The notes beneath the pieces were generated by a model that made no database searches, was not told where the DNA came from, and saw only the letters and a list, made by a program, of their open reading frames with translations. A program made the translations under genes and the position numbers. A stretch of 64,000 nucleotides of DNA from Escherichia coli (GTDB taxonomy: Bacteria > Pseudomonadota > Gammaproteobacteria > Enterobacterales > Enterobacteriaceae). Where the stretch lies: the NCBI RefSeq assembly GCF_044324875.1, contig NZ_CP172185.1; one strand, given 5' to 3'. Positions 13,339 through 25,230 of the stretch are shown in pieces (position 1 is the stretch's first letter; every line of letters begins with the position of its first letter).

Positions 13339-13643
13339 TGGCTAATGTTACGGTGACTTTTACTATTACCGAATTTTGCCTGCATACCGGCATCTCTGAA
13401 GAGGAGCTGAATGAAATTGTCGGTTTGGGGGTGGTTGAACCGCGTGAGATCCAGGAAACAACCTGGGTATTTGACGACCATGCCGCCATTGTGGTGCAAC
13501 GCGCGGTACGCCTGCGTCATGAACTCGCTCTGGACTGGCCGGGGATCGCGGTGGCGCTGACGTTAATGGATGATATTGCGCACCTGAAGCAGGAAAACCG
13601 CCTGCTGCGCCAGCGGCTTTCCCGGTTTGTAGCTCATCCGTGA
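13338..13643 (+). CDS. cbpM: CbpA modulator CbpM
   Basis: 101 aa [35 protein letters not shown]...; start overlaps the cbpA stop. Confidence 0.9.
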
Positions 13644-13699
13644 TGTGTGTTTGCCAGATGCGATGACGCATCTTAGCCGGTCTACAAAGATTGCTGTTC

Positions 13700-13785
13700 C
13701 TGTGGGCCGGATAAGGCGTTCATGCCGCATCCGGCAACTGCGCCATAATGCCTGATGCGACGCTAAACGCGTCTTATCAGGCCAA
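13700..13785. repeat. REP/BIME-type palindromic repeats
   Basis: gccggataaggcgttcatgccgcatccggc and gcctgatgcgacgctaaacgcgtcttatcaggcc between cbpM and torD. Confidence 0.7.
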
Positions 13786-13794
13786 CAAACGACG

Positions 13795-14394
13795 TTATCT
13801 GTTTTGGTGGTCGCACTCCACTAACACCAGCAATAACTGGCTTAGTGCCGCGTAAAAACCAAAGCTATCATACTGACGACAACGCGCAGCAAACTCTGGT
13901 AACCATTCCCACAGTGCCGTCAGCGTTTTTTGCCGCAAACTGTCGATTCTTCGCGCAGGAACGGTCCCCTCTCCCAGCGAAAAATGCAGATGGCTGAGCA
14001 ATTCGAGATAGATCGCCAGATGATCTGCCGGTTCGTTGAAATTGCCGCTGGTTTCCATCCCTGCCTCAACTAACAAGCGTTTAATCTCTTGCTCGTCCTG
14101 TTTGTAGGCCGATGCATACGGCAGCGCAGCTTGTTTGTCGGTCATCAGAAACAGGCCGCAAAAGTCAGCGGCCAGTTCCAGACGGGCATCGTCACGTACG
14201 GTCAGGGCTGCAATACGGTTTTCCAGCTCATTCACCGCCGCAGTGAGCGGCGGTTCACTTTTCAGCGACGAAAACCATTCAGCCATCTGCGCACTGGCGA
14301 TTTGCGTCAGTTGTTCATCGTCCAGTTCACGGGAGAACAACTGCGCCAGCCAGGCGTAAACACAGGCAATCTGTTGTGCTGTCAGCGTGGTCAT
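13795..14394 (-). CDS. torD: TorA-specific chaperone TorD
   Basis: 199 aa from [29 protein letters not shown]... Confidence 0.9.
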   Translation of the reverse strand: MTTLTAQQIACVYAWLAQLFSRELDDEQLTQIASAQMAEWFSSLKSEPPLTAAVNELENRIAALTVRDDARLELAADFCGLFLMTDKQAALPYASAYKQDEQEIKRLLVEAGMETSGNFNEPADHLAIYLELLSHLHFSLGEGTVPARRIDSLRQKTLTALWEWLPEFAARCRQYDSFGFYAALSQLLLVLVECDHQNR

Positions 14395-16937
14395 GATTTC
14401 ACCTGCGACGCGGGAACATATTCGCACTGCGCCACCATCTCCACGGGGCCGTTAAACGCCGTTACCTGCTCCACTGTTCCGTTGTACTTCTCAATTTCCA
14501 CCAGCGTAGTGTGCGCACTGGTCGCCTGCGCCAGCTGAGAAGTACCGATGTCGATGGTCAACACGTTGGGGTTACCGTATTTGCACAGCGCACCAGGCTC
14601 GCCGCCTTTATCTGGATCGTACCATGCCCCTTCATGAATTCGTGCCACGCCGGGTGCATAACGGTCAGAAACCACTGCCCCTGCCAACACCTGACCGCGA
14701 GCGTTAAAGACGCGTACCACATCACCGTTACGAATACCGCGTGCGCTGGCATCCTGCGGGTTAATGAACACTGGCTCTTTGCCCGCTACCGTATATTGCT
14801 GACGCAGCGTTTCCGACTCACATAACTGCGAGTGAAGTCGGAAATCAGGATGCACAGATTGCAGATGCAACGGATACTTCTGCGAGCCAGGCCCACCGTG
14901 GGAGCGTTCGATTTTCTCAAACCACATCGGATGCCCCTGACAATCGTCGTAGTTCATATCGGCGATAGTTTTCGAGTAGATCTCAATCAGGCCACTCGGC
15001 GTGCCCAGCGGTTCGAGATCCGGATCTTCGCGGAATGCCTGGTGACGAACAAACATCTGCGGATGGTCAAACTCGACATACTCTTTGTTATTCCAGAAGT
15101 CATCAAACGCTGGCAGATGAACGCCGCGTCCTTTGCCCTGTTGTACACCTTCCTGCCAGATGCGTTTCAGCCAGCCCATTTCGTCCAGCCCTTCGGTAAA
15201 GGCTTCTTCGCGATTAAAGCGACGGCACAGCTCGCGGAAAATATCGAAGTCGTTGCGCGCCTCGAACTGCGGCGGCACGACCTGTTTCATGGCGATAATG
15301 CCACGGTTGGAGTGGTTGCCGTACTGGTCGAGATCGTTACGCTCAAACTGCGTGGTCGCAGGCAGTACGATATCGGCAAAGCGGCAGGTTGAGGTCCACT
15401 GATTATCTATGGCGATAACCGTTTCCAGCTTACGCCAGCCTTCAATAATGCGGTTGATCTGCTGATGACGATGGAACGGGTTAGTTCCGGCAAAAATACA
15501 CATTTTCAGCGGCGGCAGTTTTACCGATTTACCGTTCCAGTTGATCACTTTCCCCGGTTCGAGGATCGCATCGATAAAACGGGCAATCGGAATGGTGCTG
15601 CTGTAGCCTTTGTAATCACTGTTGTCGTGAACAGGCGGAATCGACGAAGAGCCGGAGAAACCACTCAGAATAACGCCTTTACGTCCCGGCGTGCCTGCGC
15701 CGTTATAGTGCCAGCCAAAACCAAAGCCACCACCTGGCAGGCCAATTTGCCCCAGCATCGCCGCCAGAACCACAATCATCCACGCCCACTGTTCACCGTG
15801 CTGCATACGCTGAACGCACCAGCCAGCAATAATTTGCGTTCTGTTCGCCGCCATCTGCCGCGCCAGCCCACGAATGGTTTCGGCATCAATGCCAGTCAGT
15901 TTTTCAGCCCATGCGGCATCTTTCGGCTGACCGTCTTTCTCACCCAGCAGATACGGCAGGAACTGCTCAAAACCTACACAGTAGTTAGCGAGGAAGTTTT
16001 TGTCGTACAGGTTTTCACTGTACAGCGTATGCGCCAGCGCCAGTTGCAGCGGCACGTCAGTTTGCGGGTTAACCGCAATGTGCTTCACATGCTCGCGCCC
16101 CAGATACTCATGGGTGGATGTGACAACCGGATCGATGCTGATGACCTCAATTTCACCGGCGGCGACTTTCGCTTTTAGCTGCTCGTAATATTCATAAACA
16201 TCGTGATCCGGGCACCACCAGTTCGCTTGCTGGTTTTTCAGCAAATCGGAGCCCCACAGCACAATGGTTTTGCTGTTCTGCAATACCAGCGGCCAGGAGG
16301 TTTGCTGTTCATACACTTCCATCGAACCGACTACGCGCGGCAGGATCACCTGCGCAGCACCGGTAGAGTAATCTCCGCCCGTACCAACGCTATTACCATG
16401 CAAGGCAATCGCTTTCGCCAGCATCCCCGAAGCGTTATGGAACATCCCCGTCGATTGCCAACCACTGGCGGTCAGCAAGGCACTCGGCCCGTGCGTTTTC
16501 TGCACACGTTCCAGTTCTTCATAGAACATGTCGAGGGCTTCATCCCAACTCACGCGCACAAAACGGTTATCACCGCGCTGGGAGGTGTCGCTCAGATGGC
16601 GCTTACGTAGCCAGTCCACGCGTACCATCGGATAACGAATACGCGCCGCGTTGTGTACGTGATCCGGCAATCCAGCGATCATTTTCGACGGATATTTATC
16701 CAGTTCGAACGGTTTTGCCGCCACAAAGCGACCATCCTTCACCGTCGCGCGGATAGCCCCCCAGTGCGACCCGGTAAGAATGCCCTCTTTCGAGGTGACA
16801 GCCTCAGTCGCCGCTTGCGCCGCAGTCGCACTGCGCGGCGTTAACAATGACGGCCCCAGCATCCCGGCGACGGTTAAGCCGCCGAGTTGTGCCAGAAAAC
16901 GCCGACGTGATGCCTGAAAGAGATCGTTATTGTTCAT
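14391..16937 (-). CDS. torA: Trimethylamine N-oxide reductase TorA (molybdoenzyme)
   Basis: 848 aa with Tat signal [28 protein letters not shown]. Confidence 0.95.
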   Translation of the reverse strand: MNNNDLFQASRRRFLAQLGGLTVAGMLGPSLLTPRSATAAQAATEAVTSKEGILTGSHWGAIRATVKDGRFVAAKPFELDKYPSKMIAGLPDHVHNAARIRYPMVRVDWLRKRHLSDTSQRGDNRFVRVSWDEALDMFYEELERVQKTHGPSALLTASGWQSTGMFHNASGMLAKAIALHGNSVGTGGDYSTGAAQVILPRVVGSMEVYEQQTSWPLVLQNSKTIVLWGSDLLKNQQANWWCPDHDVYEYYEQLKAKVAAGEIEVISIDPVVTSTHEYLGREHVKHIAVNPQTDVPLQLALAHTLYSENLYDKNFLANYCVGFEQFLPYLLGEKDGQPKDAAWAEKLTGIDAETIRGLARQMAANRTQIIAGWCVQRMQHGEQWAWMIVVLAAMLGQIGLPGGGFGFGWHYNGAGTPGRKGVILSGFSGSSSIPPVHDNSDYKGYSSTIPIARFIDAILEPGKVINWNGKSVKLPPLKMCIFAGTNPFHRHQQINRIIEGWRKLETVIAIDNQWTSTCRFADIVLPATTQFERNDLDQYGNHSNRGIIAMKQVVPPQFEARNDFDIFRELCRRFNREEAFTEGLDEMGWLKRIWQEGVQQGKGRGVHLPAFDDFWNNKEYVEFDHPQMFVRHQAFREDPDLEPLGTPSGLIEIYSKTIADMNYDDCQGHPMWFEKIERSHGGPGSQKYPLHLQSVHPDFRLHSQLCESETLRQQYTVAGKEPVFINPQDASARGIRNGDVVRVFNARGQVLAGAVVSDRYAPGVARIHEGAWYDPDKGGEPGALCKYGNPNVLTIDIGTSQLAQATSAHTTLVEIEKYNGTVEQVTAFNGPVEMVAQCEYVPASQVKS

Positions 16938-18109
16938 TATTTTTCTTCCTTCTTATCGCCGTGAGCCTTACCTGCGGTGTCAGACGCATTCATTTGCAGA
17001 TATTTCAACAAGGTGCGTTCTTCACGTTTATCGAGGCTGGTAAAGCCAATCATGCCGTTGAGCGTGCCGATCCAACCGTTAGCGTCAAAGTGAGAGATTT
17101 CCGGTGCGCCGTGGCACTGGTTACAGGTGCCGTTGTACAACGAATCAGCATAAGCCCAGATCGGTTTGATATCGTTCACCATGTCACCTTTCTTCATCCA
17201 CGCAGTGGCCTGCAACTTGCTCCACTCGGTATTGGTGTCGGCAACGGTGGTTTTCTCCAGCGTTTTCACCTGCTGCTGCACATCACCACGAATCGAGGCA
17301 ACAAAGATGCGTTTGCCAGGGAACTGGGTGAGTACACGCTGACGTCCGGCGCTTTCTGTCCAGCCGGTAATTTCAATTTGCAGCCAGTCGCCGTCACGTT
17401 TAAGGACTTTCACTTCCGAGGCAGGCAGCAGAGAACCAGAGGCTTCTTTATCGCCTTTCGCCGCATAAATCGGCTTGATATCAATGGAATACAGCGTGTC
17501 ACCACTGTCATTAGCACTGGCGCGCAGCTCATCGAACTGCTTACGGAAGCCGCTACTCATATCCGGTAACTGGTGGGCAATACCTTTATGACAGTCGATG
17601 CAGGATTGATTATCTTTCGCTGCCACCTTCATCTGACGTGCCGCTTCAGGATGCTGCTTCGCATGATCCATCGCGTCGTAGTTATGGCAGGAGCGGCAGG
17701 TTGCCGAGTTGTTTTCTTTCATTCGCGCCCATTCACGCTCGGCAAGTTCCGCGCGTTTGGCTTCAAATTTCTCAGGTGTATCAATGGAGTGGGCAATAAA
17801 GGTCTGGTAGATATCGTTGCTCGCTTCCAGTTTGCGCTTCACCATGCCTGGAATATCCGGCGGGATATGACAGTCATGGCATTCAGCTCGCACGCCGGAG
17901 GCGTTCTGGAAATGCACCGACTGTTTATATTCTTCATACACCGGTTGCATACTGTGGCAACTGACACAAAATTCGGTTGTGCTGGTGACTTTGATCCCAA
18001 CGTGTGGCAATACAATCAGCGCAATGCCAATCACAATCCCAATAGCGACCAGCGCCAGTACCGACCAACGAGCACTGGGTCGGCGTAGCGCGTTCCAGAA
18101 TTTCCGCAT
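16937..18109 (-). CDS. torC: Pentahaem c-type cytochrome TorC
   Basis: 390 aa with multiple CxxCH motifs (CVSCH, CHDCH, CRSCH, CIDCH, CNQCH). Confidence 0.95.
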   Translation of the reverse strand: MRKFWNALRRPSARWSVLALVAIGIVIGIALIVLPHVGIKVTSTTEFCVSCHSMQPVYEEYKQSVHFQNASGVRAECHDCHIPPDIPGMVKRKLEASNDIYQTFIAHSIDTPEKFEAKRAELAEREWARMKENNSATCRSCHNYDAMDHAKQHPEAARQMKVAAKDNQSCIDCHKGIAHQLPDMSSGFRKQFDELRASANDSGDTLYSIDIKPIYAAKGDKEASGSLLPASEVKVLKRDGDWLQIEITGWTESAGRQRVLTQFPGKRIFVASIRGDVQQQVKTLEKTTVADTNTEWSKLQATAWMKKGDMVNDIKPIWAYADSLYNGTCNQCHGAPEISHFDANGWIGTLNGMIGFTSLDKREERTLLKYLQMNASDTAGKAHGDKKEEK

Positions 18110-18157
18110 AATAGCCCCTGTAAAATTATGGTTTAGTGAAGCGATCTTAATGAGTAA

Positions 18158-18220
18158 ATATGAACAGCGGCACTGGTCAGGATGAACGGCTTACGGCAGA
18201 ATATGAACAGATATGAACAG
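18158..18220. promoter_or_regulatory. Tor boxes (TorR binding direct repeats) in the torC-torR intergenic region
   Basis: atatgaacag, the complement of the CTGTTCATAT tor box, occurs at 18158, 18201 and 18211, plus a degenerate copy near 18181. Confidence 0.8.
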
Positions 18221-18238
18221 AATGAGTAAAACTCTCTG

Positions 18239-18931
18239 ATGCCACATCACATTGTTATTGTTGAAGATGAGCCGGTTACCCAGGCGCGATTACAATCCTA
18301 CTTCACTCAGGAGGGGTATACCGTTTCCGTTACGGCGAGCGGTGCCGGGCTGCGGGAAATTATGCAGAATCAGCCGGTGGATTTAATTCTGCTGGATATC
18401 AATTTGCCCGATGAAAATGGCCTGATGTTAACTCGCGCCCTGCGAGAACGCTCAACGGTAGGGATTATTCTGGTTACCGGACGCAGCGATCGGATTGACC
18501 GTATTGTTGGGCTGGAAATGGGTGCAGACGATTATGTCACCAAACCGCTGGAACTGCGCGAACTGGTGGTACGAGTGAAAAATCTGCTCTGGCGAATCGA
18601 CCTCGCGCGACAGGCGCAACCACTCACTCAGGACAACTGCTATCGCTTTGCGGGTTATTGCCTGAATGTGTCGCGCCATACGCTGGAGCGAGATGGCGAG
18701 CCAATTAAACTGACCCGCGCAGAGTATGAAATGTTGGTGGCATTTGTGACGAATCCGGGCGAAATTCTCAGCCGTGAACGTCTGCTGCGTATGCTTTCTG
18801 CGCGTCGGGTGGAAAACCCTGACCTGCGCACCGTCGATGTGTTAATTCGTCGTTTACGCCATAAACTCAGCGCGGATTTACTGGTGACACAACATGGCGA
18901 AGGTTATTTCTTAGCCGCTGATGTGTGCTGA
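18239..18931 (+). CDS. torR: Response regulator TorR (OmpR family)
   Basis: 230 aa MPHHIVIVEDEPVTQARLQSYFTQEGY...; receiver plus winged-helix domains. Confidence 0.95.
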   Translation: MPHHIVIVEDEPVTQARLQSYFTQEGYTVSVTASGAGLREIMQNQPVDLILLDINLPDENGLMLTRALRERSTVGIILVTGRSDRIDRIVGLEMGADDYVTKPLELRELVVRVKNLLWRIDLARQAQPLTQDNCYRFAGYCLNVSRHTLERDGEPIKLTRAEYEMLVAFVTNPGEILSRERLLRMLSARRVENPDLRTVDVLIRRLRHKLSADLLVTQHGEGYFLAADVC

Positions 18932-19932
18932 TAAAAATAGACCGGACGAAATCCCCCTGGTGACAGCGAGCGGCGGATATGTTCACGGTCAGCATTTTTC
19001 GGCGTCATGACTAAAATCGGTGGGCTGACATTATCAGACACCGATTGCCCCTGTAATTGCCTGATGGCCTGCTCAACCGCCAGTTCCCCCTGCCAGACCA
19101 TTTGATCGCTGGCAGCCATAATCACTCTTCCCCGCTTCAGCCCGCGATACACCTGATGTGAAAGATAAAACGACACCACGGTAAGCGGTGTTTTCAGGTT
19201 ACGCCCTTCCCCCATTGCCGCCTCTGCCGCAATGGCCGTTCCGGCAACGACGTCGATTTCTGGATGGCGCTCCAGCATCTCCTGCAACAGGTTACGCTGG
19301 ATTTCAATATCGTTGTCACCGAGCGCAATATCGACAATACGCACCGGGCTTCCGGCAATGGCTGCTCGAAAACCCTCGACCATCTCCTTACTGCCCCCAG
19401 CGTTATCGGGGCCGGGCATCAACAGCACGTTCAGTGGTTTACCGTGCGCCCATTGCACCAGATATCGCCCTGGTTGATAGCCCATCTGAAACCAGGGCAC
19501 ACCAACGCGGCTTTTCACCTGGGGAGCATCAATAGCATTTACCAGTTCGATCACCGGCAGACTTGCTACCTGCTTTTGCAGGTCGGGAAATGACGTCGTG
19601 CTACTACCGAGCAAAATGGCCTCTGCGCCCCACTGTTTACACTGGTCGATTTGTGCTTGCTGGGTAGCCAACTGGCTGTAGCCGCCTGCCTCCAGCACTT
19701 TTAAATCCACACCGTAGCGGCGAGCAGCCTCCTGCATACCATAGTTCAACGATAACCAGTATGAATCTTTCAGGCTGGGATAAAGCGCGCACAGTTTCCA
19801 TGCACGTTTGGCTTTAAGCGGCGTAGAGGCTTGTACCGTGTAATGCTGCGTATCATGCCAGCGCAACAGGTTATCAGCCGAAAATGCCGACAACATGAAA
19901 AGGGAAAGAAGTAAAAATAGCAGTACGCGCAT
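18904..19932 (-). CDS. torT: Periplasmic TMAO-binding protein TorT
   Basis: 342 aa with signal peptide; 3' end overlaps torR convergently. Confidence 0.9.
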   Translation of the reverse strand: MRVLLFLLLSLFMLSAFSADNLLRWHDTQHYTVQASTPLKAKRAWKLCALYPSLKDSYWLSLNYGMQEAARRYGVDLKVLEAGGYSQLATQQAQIDQCKQWGAEAILLGSSTTSFPDLQKQVASLPVIELVNAIDAPQVKSRVGVPWFQMGYQPGRYLVQWAHGKPLNVLLMPGPDNAGGSKEMVEGFRAAIAGSPVRIVDIALGDNDIEIQRNLLQEMLERHPEIDVVAGTAIAAEAAMGEGRNLKTPLTVVSFYLSHQVYRGLKRGRVIMAASDQMVWQGELAVEQAIRQLQGQSVSDNVSPPILVMTPKNADREHIRRSLSPGGFRPVYFYQHTSAAKK

Positions 19933-20014
19933 GATAGCCTCATCAATAATAAGGCTTTATGCTAGATGCATTCCGCTTTGCGACTCAACCTTTTTCACCT
20001 TAAGTGCACCGACC

Positions 20015-22759
20015 GTGAATTTAACCCTGACCCGAAGACTCTGGATGGGCTTTGCCCTGATGGCGCTGTTAACCCTGACCAGTACCCTGGTGGGATGGTA
20101 CAACCTGCGCTTTATCAGCCAGGTGGAAAAAGACAATACTCAGGCATTGATTCCTACCATGAATATGGCGCGCCAGTTGAGCGAAGCCAGCGCCTGGGAA
20201 CTTTTCGCCGCGCAGAACCTGACCAGTGCCGATAACGAAAAGATGTGGCAGGCGCAGGGGCGAATGCTCACCGCACAAAGCCTGAAGATTAATGCGTTGC
20301 TGCAAGCGTTACGGGAACAAGGTTTTGATACCACCGCTATTGAACAACAGGAACAGGAGATCTCCCGTTCGTTACGTCAGCAAGGGGAACTGGTGGGACA
20401 GCGTTTGCAACTTCGCCAGCAACAACAGCAACTCAGTCAGCAGATAGTCGCCGCCGCCGATGAAATCGCACGCCTGGCGCAAGGTCAGGCGAATAATGCG
20501 GCAACCTCCGCCGGAGCGACCCAGGCCGGGATTTACGATTTGATCGAACAACATCAGCGTCAGGCCGCAGAAAGTGCACTCGACCGGCTGATTGATATCG
20601 ATCTTGAGTATGTTAACCAGATGAATGAACTGCGCCTTAGCGCCCTGCGGGTGCAGCAAATGGTGATGAATCTGGGGCTGGAACAGATCCAGAAAAATGC
20701 GCCAACGCTGGAAAAGCAGCTCAATAATGCGGTGAAAATTCTGCAACGTCGGCAAATACGCATTGAAGATCCGGGAGTTCGTGCGCAGGTCGCAACAACG
20801 TTAACTACCGTTAGCCAATATAGCGATCTGCTGGCGCTGTTCCAGCAGGACAGTGAAATCAGCAATCACCTGCAAACTCTCGCCCAAAATAACATCGCCC
20901 AGTTCGCGCAGTTTAGTAGCGAAGTCAGTCAGCTGGTCGACACCATTGAGCTGCGTAATCAGCACGGACTGGCGCATCTGGAAAAAGCCAGTGCACGCGG
21001 GCAATACAGCCTGTTATTGCTGGGGATGGTTTCACTTTGCGCACTGATTCTGATCCTCTGGCGCGTGGTTTATCGCTCAGTCACGCGTCCACTTGCCGAA
21101 CAAACGCAGGCGCTGCAACGCTTACTGGACGGTGATATCGACTCCCCTTTTCCGGAAACCGCTGGCGTGCGGGAGCTGGACACCATCGGGCGGCTGATGG
21201 ATGCGTTTCGCAGCAGTGTTCATGCACTGAATCGCCACCGCGAACAGCTGGCGGCACAGGTCAAAGCGCGTACAGCTGAATTGCAGGAACTGGTGATAGA
21301 ACACCGACAGGCACGGGCGGAAGCAGAAAAAGCCAGCCAGGCAAAATCGGCGTTTCTGGCGGCGATGAGCCATGAGATCCGCACACCGCTGTACGGTATT
21401 CTCGGCACCGCACAGCTGCTGGCAGATAACCCCGCACTTAACGCCCAGCGCGATGATTTGCGCGCAATTACTGACTCTGGTGAATCGTTGCTGACCATCC
21501 TCAACGATATTCTCGATTATTCGGCTATCGAAGCAGGCGGCAAGAATGTTTCGGTCAGCGATGAACCCTTTGAACCGCGCCCGCTGCTGGAAAGTACCCT
21601 GCAATTAATGAGCGGACGGGTGAAAGGTCGCCCGATTCACCTGGCAACAGCAATTGCCGACGATGTACCGACTGCGTTAATGGGCGATCCGCGGCGTATT
21701 CGTCAGGTCATTACCAACCTGTTGAGCAACGCTCTGCGTTTCACCGACGAAGGGCACATTATCCTGCGTAGTCGCACTGATGGCGAACAATGGCTGGTCG
21801 AAGTGGAAGACAGCGGCTGCGGTATTGATCCCACGAAACTGGCTGAAATCTTCCAGCCATTTGTTCAGGTTAGCGGCAAACGCGGCGGCACCGGGCTGGG
21901 GCTGACCATCAGTAGCCGTCTGGCCCAGGCGATGGGCGGCGAACTGAGCGCCACCAGCACGCCGGAAGTTGGAAGCTGTTTTTGTTTACGCTTGCCGTTA
22001 CGTGTTGCCACTGCTCCCGTGCCAAAAACAGTCAATCAGGCGGTGCGTCTGGACGGTTTACGTTTGCTGTTAATTGAAGATAACCCGCTAACCCAACGAA
22101 TTACCGTCGAGATGCTGAACACCAGTGGGGCGCAGGTCGTTGCGGTAGGAAATGCCGCACACGCGATAGAGACGTTGCAAAATAGCGAACCGTTTGCTGC
22201 CGCACTGGTGGATTTTGATCTGCCCGATATCGACGGCATTACGCTTGCCCGGCAACTGGCACAGCAATATCCGTCGCTGGTTTTGATTGGCTTTAGCGCT
22301 CATGTCATCGACGAAACGTTGCGCCAGCGTACCAGTTCATTATTTCGCGGGATTATCCCTAAACCGGTGCCGCGTGAAGTGCTCGGTCAGTTACTGGCGC
22401 ACTATCTCCAACTGCAAGTCAATAACGATCAACCGCTGGATGTATCGCAACTCAATGAAGATGCTCAGTTGATGGGGACGGAGAAGATCCACGAATGGCT
22501 GATATTATTTAAACAACATGCCCTGCCGCTTCTCGATGAAATCGACATTGCCCGCGCCAGCCAGAACAGCGAAAAAATAAAGCGTGCCGCACATCAGCTA
22601 AAAAGCAGTTGCACGAGTCTGGGAATGCGTAGCGCCAGCCAGCTTTGCGCACAACTGGAGCAGCAGCCATTATCTGCCCCCCTTCCACACGAAGAAATTA
22701 CACGCAGTGTTGCCGCTCTGAAAGCATGGTTAAATAAGAAAGACCTGAACGCGATTTGA
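20015..22759 (+). CDS. torS: Hybrid sensor kinase TorS
   Basis: 914 aa from an inferred GTG start ([19 protein letters not shown]...); HisKA motif MSHEIRTPL, receiver and HPt domains. Confidence 0.9.
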   Translation: MNLTLTRRLWMGFALMALLTLTSTLVGWYNLRFISQVEKDNTQALIPTMNMARQLSEASAWELFAAQNLTSADNEKMWQAQGRMLTAQSLKINALLQALREQGFDTTAIEQQEQEISRSLRQQGELVGQRLQLRQQQQQLSQQIVAAADEIARLAQGQANNAATSAGATQAGIYDLIEQHQRQAAESALDRLIDIDLEYVNQMNELRLSALRVQQMVMNLGLEQIQKNAPTLEKQLNNAVKILQRRQIRIEDPGVRAQVATTLTTVSQYSDLLALFQQDSEISNHLQTLAQNNIAQFAQFSSEVSQLVDTIELRNQHGLAHLEKASARGQYSLLLLGMVSLCALILILWRVVYRSVTRPLAEQTQALQRLLDGDIDSPFPETAGVRELDTIGRLMDAFRSSVHALNRHREQLAAQVKARTAELQELVIEHRQARAEAEKASQAKSAFLAAMSHEIRTPLYGILGTAQLLADNPALNAQRDDLRAITDSGESLLTILNDILDYSAIEAGGKNVSVSDEPFEPRPLLESTLQLMSGRVKGRPIHLATAIADDVPTALMGDPRRIRQVITNLLSNALRFTDEGHIILRSRTDGEQWLVEVEDSGCGIDPTKLAEIFQPFVQVSGKRGGTGLGLTISSRLAQAMGGELSATSTPEVGSCFCLRLPLRVATAPVPKTVNQAVRLDGLRLLLIEDNPLTQRITVEMLNTSGAQVVAVGNAAHAIETLQNSEPFAAALVDFDLPDIDGITLARQLAQQYPSLVLIGFSAHVIDETLRQRTSSLFRGIIPKPVPREVLGQLLAHYLQLQVNNDQPLDVSQLNEDAQLMGTEKIHEWLILFKQHALPLLDEIDIARASQNSEKIKRAAHQLKSSCTSLGMRSASQLCAQLEQQPLSAPLPHEEITRSVAALKAWLNKKDLNAI

Positions 22760-22830
22760 ATCAATATCAGCCAGTTAAGAACAACTAGAATAGTGGCATT
22801 TGGTATGCAACTTAACGGACTGGCAAAATC

Positions 22831-23904
22831 ATGACAGAGAAAAGAAGAACCCGCTGGCAGCGGCGGCCAGGCACGACGGGCGGCAAATTACCGTGGAATG
22901 ACTGGCGCAATGCCACGACCTGGCGTAAAGCGACGCAATTATTGCTGTTGGCAATGAATATTTATATTGCCATCACGTTCTGGTATTGGGTGCGCTATTA
23001 CGAAACGGCAGGTAGTACGACATTTGTCGCCAGACCGGGAGGTATCGAAGGCTGGCTACCGATTGCCGGTCTGATGAATCTGAAATATAGCCTTGCAACA
23101 GGTCAGTTACCGTCCGTCCACGCCGCCGCGATGCTGTTATTGGTCGCTTTTATCGTCATCAGTCTATTACTCAAAAAGGCCTTTTGTTCATGGTTATGCC
23201 CGGTTGGTACGCTTTCTGAATTAATCGGCGATCTCGGTAACAAACTGTTTGGTCGGCAATGTGTCCTTCCCCGCTGGCTGGATATTCCTCTGCGCGGCGT
23301 GAAGTATTTGCTGTTGAGTTTTTTTCTCTATATTGCGTTATTGATGCCCGCTCAGGCGATTCACTATTTTATGTTGTCGCCCTACAGCGTGGTGATGGAC
23401 GTTAAAATGCTCGATTTCTTTCGCCATATGGGGACAGCGACATTAATCAGCGTGATCGTTTTGCTGATTGCCAGCCTGTTTATTCGCCATGCCTGGTGTC
23501 GTTATCTTTGCCCATATGGCGCGCTGATGGGCGTGGTTTCGCTATTATCACCGTTTAAAATTCGTCGCAATGCCGAAAGTTGTATCGATTGTGGCAAATG
23601 CGCAAAAAATTGCCCATCGCGGATCCCGGTCGATAAATTAATTCAGGTACGAACCGTGGAATGTACCGGTTGTATGACTTGCGTAGAGTCATGTCCGGTA
23701 GCCTCAACATTGACCTTTTCACTGCAAAAACCTGCGGCAAATAAAAAAGCCTTTGCGTTGTCTGGCTGGTTAATGACGCTACTGGTTCTGGGGATTATGT
23801 TTGCGGTGATTGGTTACGCAATGTATTCGGGAGTATGGCAAAGCCCGGTGCCGGAGGAATTGTACCGACGCTTAATTCCGCAAGCGACAATGATTGGGCA
23901 CTAA
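22831..23904 (+). CDS. yccM: Membrane 4Fe-4S ferredoxin-type protein YccM
   Basis: 357 aa with transmembrane segments and CxxCxxC clusters (CIDCGKCAKNCP, CTGCMTCVESCP). Confidence 0.9.
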   Translation: MTEKRRTRWQRRPGTTGGKLPWNDWRNATTWRKATQLLLLAMNIYIAITFWYWVRYYETAGSTTFVARPGGIEGWLPIAGLMNLKYSLATGQLPSVHAAAMLLLVAFIVISLLLKKAFCSWLCPVGTLSELIGDLGNKLFGRQCVLPRWLDIPLRGVKYLLLSFFLYIALLMPAQAIHYFMLSPYSVVMDVKMLDFFRHMGTATLISVIVLLIASLFIRHAWCRYLCPYGALMGVVSLLSPFKIRRNAESCIDCGKCAKNCPSRIPVDKLIQVRTVECTGCMTCVESCPVASTLTFSLQKPAANKKAFALSGWLMTLLVLGIMFAVIGYAMYSGVWQSPVPEELYRRLIPQATMIGH

Positions 23905-23952
23905 ATTAGCAACAAGCGGAACATCACCTCGCACGGGGTGATGTTCACAAAA

Positions 23953-24126
23953 TCACATTATTTTGATTTTGACATCATAACTTTCAAGCCCGGTCATTTT
24001 TTCTCGTGCGGTGAAGCGAATTTCAGAGACTTCTTTCCCTGTATTCTTGTTCAGCTCGGCGATTTTTTGCGCGATAAAGTCGGCGATTTCCGTTTCGGCT
24101 TGTTTTTTTAACTCTTCAATATTCAC
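23953..24126 (-). CDS. gnsA: GnsA small protein
   Basis: Manual reverse translation from a GTG start gives MNIEELKKQAETEIADFIAQKIAELNKNTGKEVSEIRFTAREKMTGLESYDVKIKIM (57 aa). Confidence 0.8.
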   Translation of the reverse strand: MNIEELKKQAETEIADFIAQKIAELNKNTGKEVSEIRFTAREKMTGLESYDVKIKIM

Positions 24127-24320
24127 TGTTAACCTCTTCTGGTCTTAAAAGACAGCAACACGCCAGTAAGGTGTTGGTTCCCGGTACCCTGGTCAGGTAA
24201 GAAATGTTATAAGCCATCTCCCCGAAAGATTCAATAATCAACAGGTTATCGCTTACTATACATACAGCGTTGAAGAAAAATAAGGCAGATATAAAAAAGG
24301 CTCCACGAGGGAGCCTGATA

Positions 24321-24581
24321 TTATTTTGTGAAATCCAGCGGCGCATGGTCAGTGCGTATTTGCAGCGCGACGTTATCAAAGGTGATCATCGTCGATTTAC
24401 AAAAAATACACTTTGCCCCTAAAGGATTTCGCTCCGTCACATCAAATGCCGATGTGCGGTACTGTGAACCATGACAACATGGACAGCGGAAATGGAGATG
24501 TTGAGTAATAACGGCAACCTTAGAGCGTAACAACGTTCGCTGCCGCAGGGCCACGTTGCCCCTGCTCAATAGAAAATTCAA
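24321..24581 (-). CDS. ymcE: Small cold-shock-locus protein, probable ymcE; start uncertain
   Basis: ORF with CPCCHGSQY motif in the position ymcE occupies between gnsA and cspG; the ORF as drawn overlaps the cspG 3' end so the true start is probably internal; hairpin plus T-run terminator just below 24321. Confidence 0.45.
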   Translation of the reverse strand: MNFLLSRGNVALRQRTLLRSKVAVITQHLHFRCPCCHGSQYRTSAFDVTERNPLGAKCIFCKSTMITFDNVALQIRTDHAPLDFTK

Positions 24582-24732
24582 CTTTCTGATTTTCGTTCAG
24601 CGTGCGGAATTCATTGCTCTGGATGGCGGTGAAATGGACGAAAACGTCTTTGCTGCCATCATCAGGAGTGATAAAGCCAAAACCTTTATCTGCGTTAAAC
24701 CATTTTACTAAACCAGTCATTTTATTAGACAT
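24520..24732 (-). CDS. cspG: Cold shock protein CspG
   Basis: 70 aa [70 protein letters not shown]. Confidence 0.95.
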   Translation of the reverse strand: MSNKMTGLVKWFNADKGFGFITPDDGSKDVFVHFTAIQSNEFRTLNENQKVEFSIEQGQRGPAAANVVTL

Positions 24733-25017
24733 ATTTTACTTCCTTCATTTTGGGCCTTTCGGCAAACAGGGCTTTAATACAGAAACTACTTAGTGTTCAG
24801 GAGAGAGACTCAAAAGAAGGGGATAATGCCTGATAATGAGAACTGCTTTAGTAAACTACTTTGTATGCTGTCTGTCTTTCAAACCGACGCAGCTATTAAC
24901 GCATGATAATTGAGATTAAGCAAATTTTATTTTAGCCGTCCGGCGGTCTTAAATATCGCTGGCTTTATTTTATTAACCCCGTATAGTGCAGCGCAGTATT
25001 TTCAGTAAGGAATTTGT

Positions 25018-25230
25018 TTGTCCCGTAAAATGACAGGAATTGTCAAAACCTTTGATCGCAAAAGCGGCAAAGGATTCATTATCCCCTCCGACGGTCGTAA
25101 AAAAGTCCAGGTCCATATTTCCGCATTCACTCCCCGCGACGCAGAAGTGCTTATACCAGGATTACGTGTGGAATTTTGCCGCGTAAATGGCCTGCGAGGA
25201 CCAACAGCGGCAAATGTTTATTTGTCTTGA
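25018..25230 (+). CDS. cspH: Cold shock-like protein CspH
   Basis: 70 aa [70 protein letters not shown]. Confidence 0.9.
   Translation: MSRKMTGIVKTFDRKSGKGFIIPSDGRKKVQVHISAFTPRDAEVLIPGLRVEFCRVNGLRGPTAANVYLS

Noticed and set aside
18158-18220. Short direct repeats atatgaacag as a possible CRISPR-like or mobile-element repeat
   Set aside because: They are 10 bp tor boxes in the torC-torR intergenic region; repeat length and context fit regulatory sites, not an array.
24130-25017. AT-rich region around gnsA, ymcE, cspG and cspH as a possible foreign island
   Set aside because: The gene content matches the known cold-shock cluster with long AT-rich 5' UTRs; nothing beyond the expected genes.
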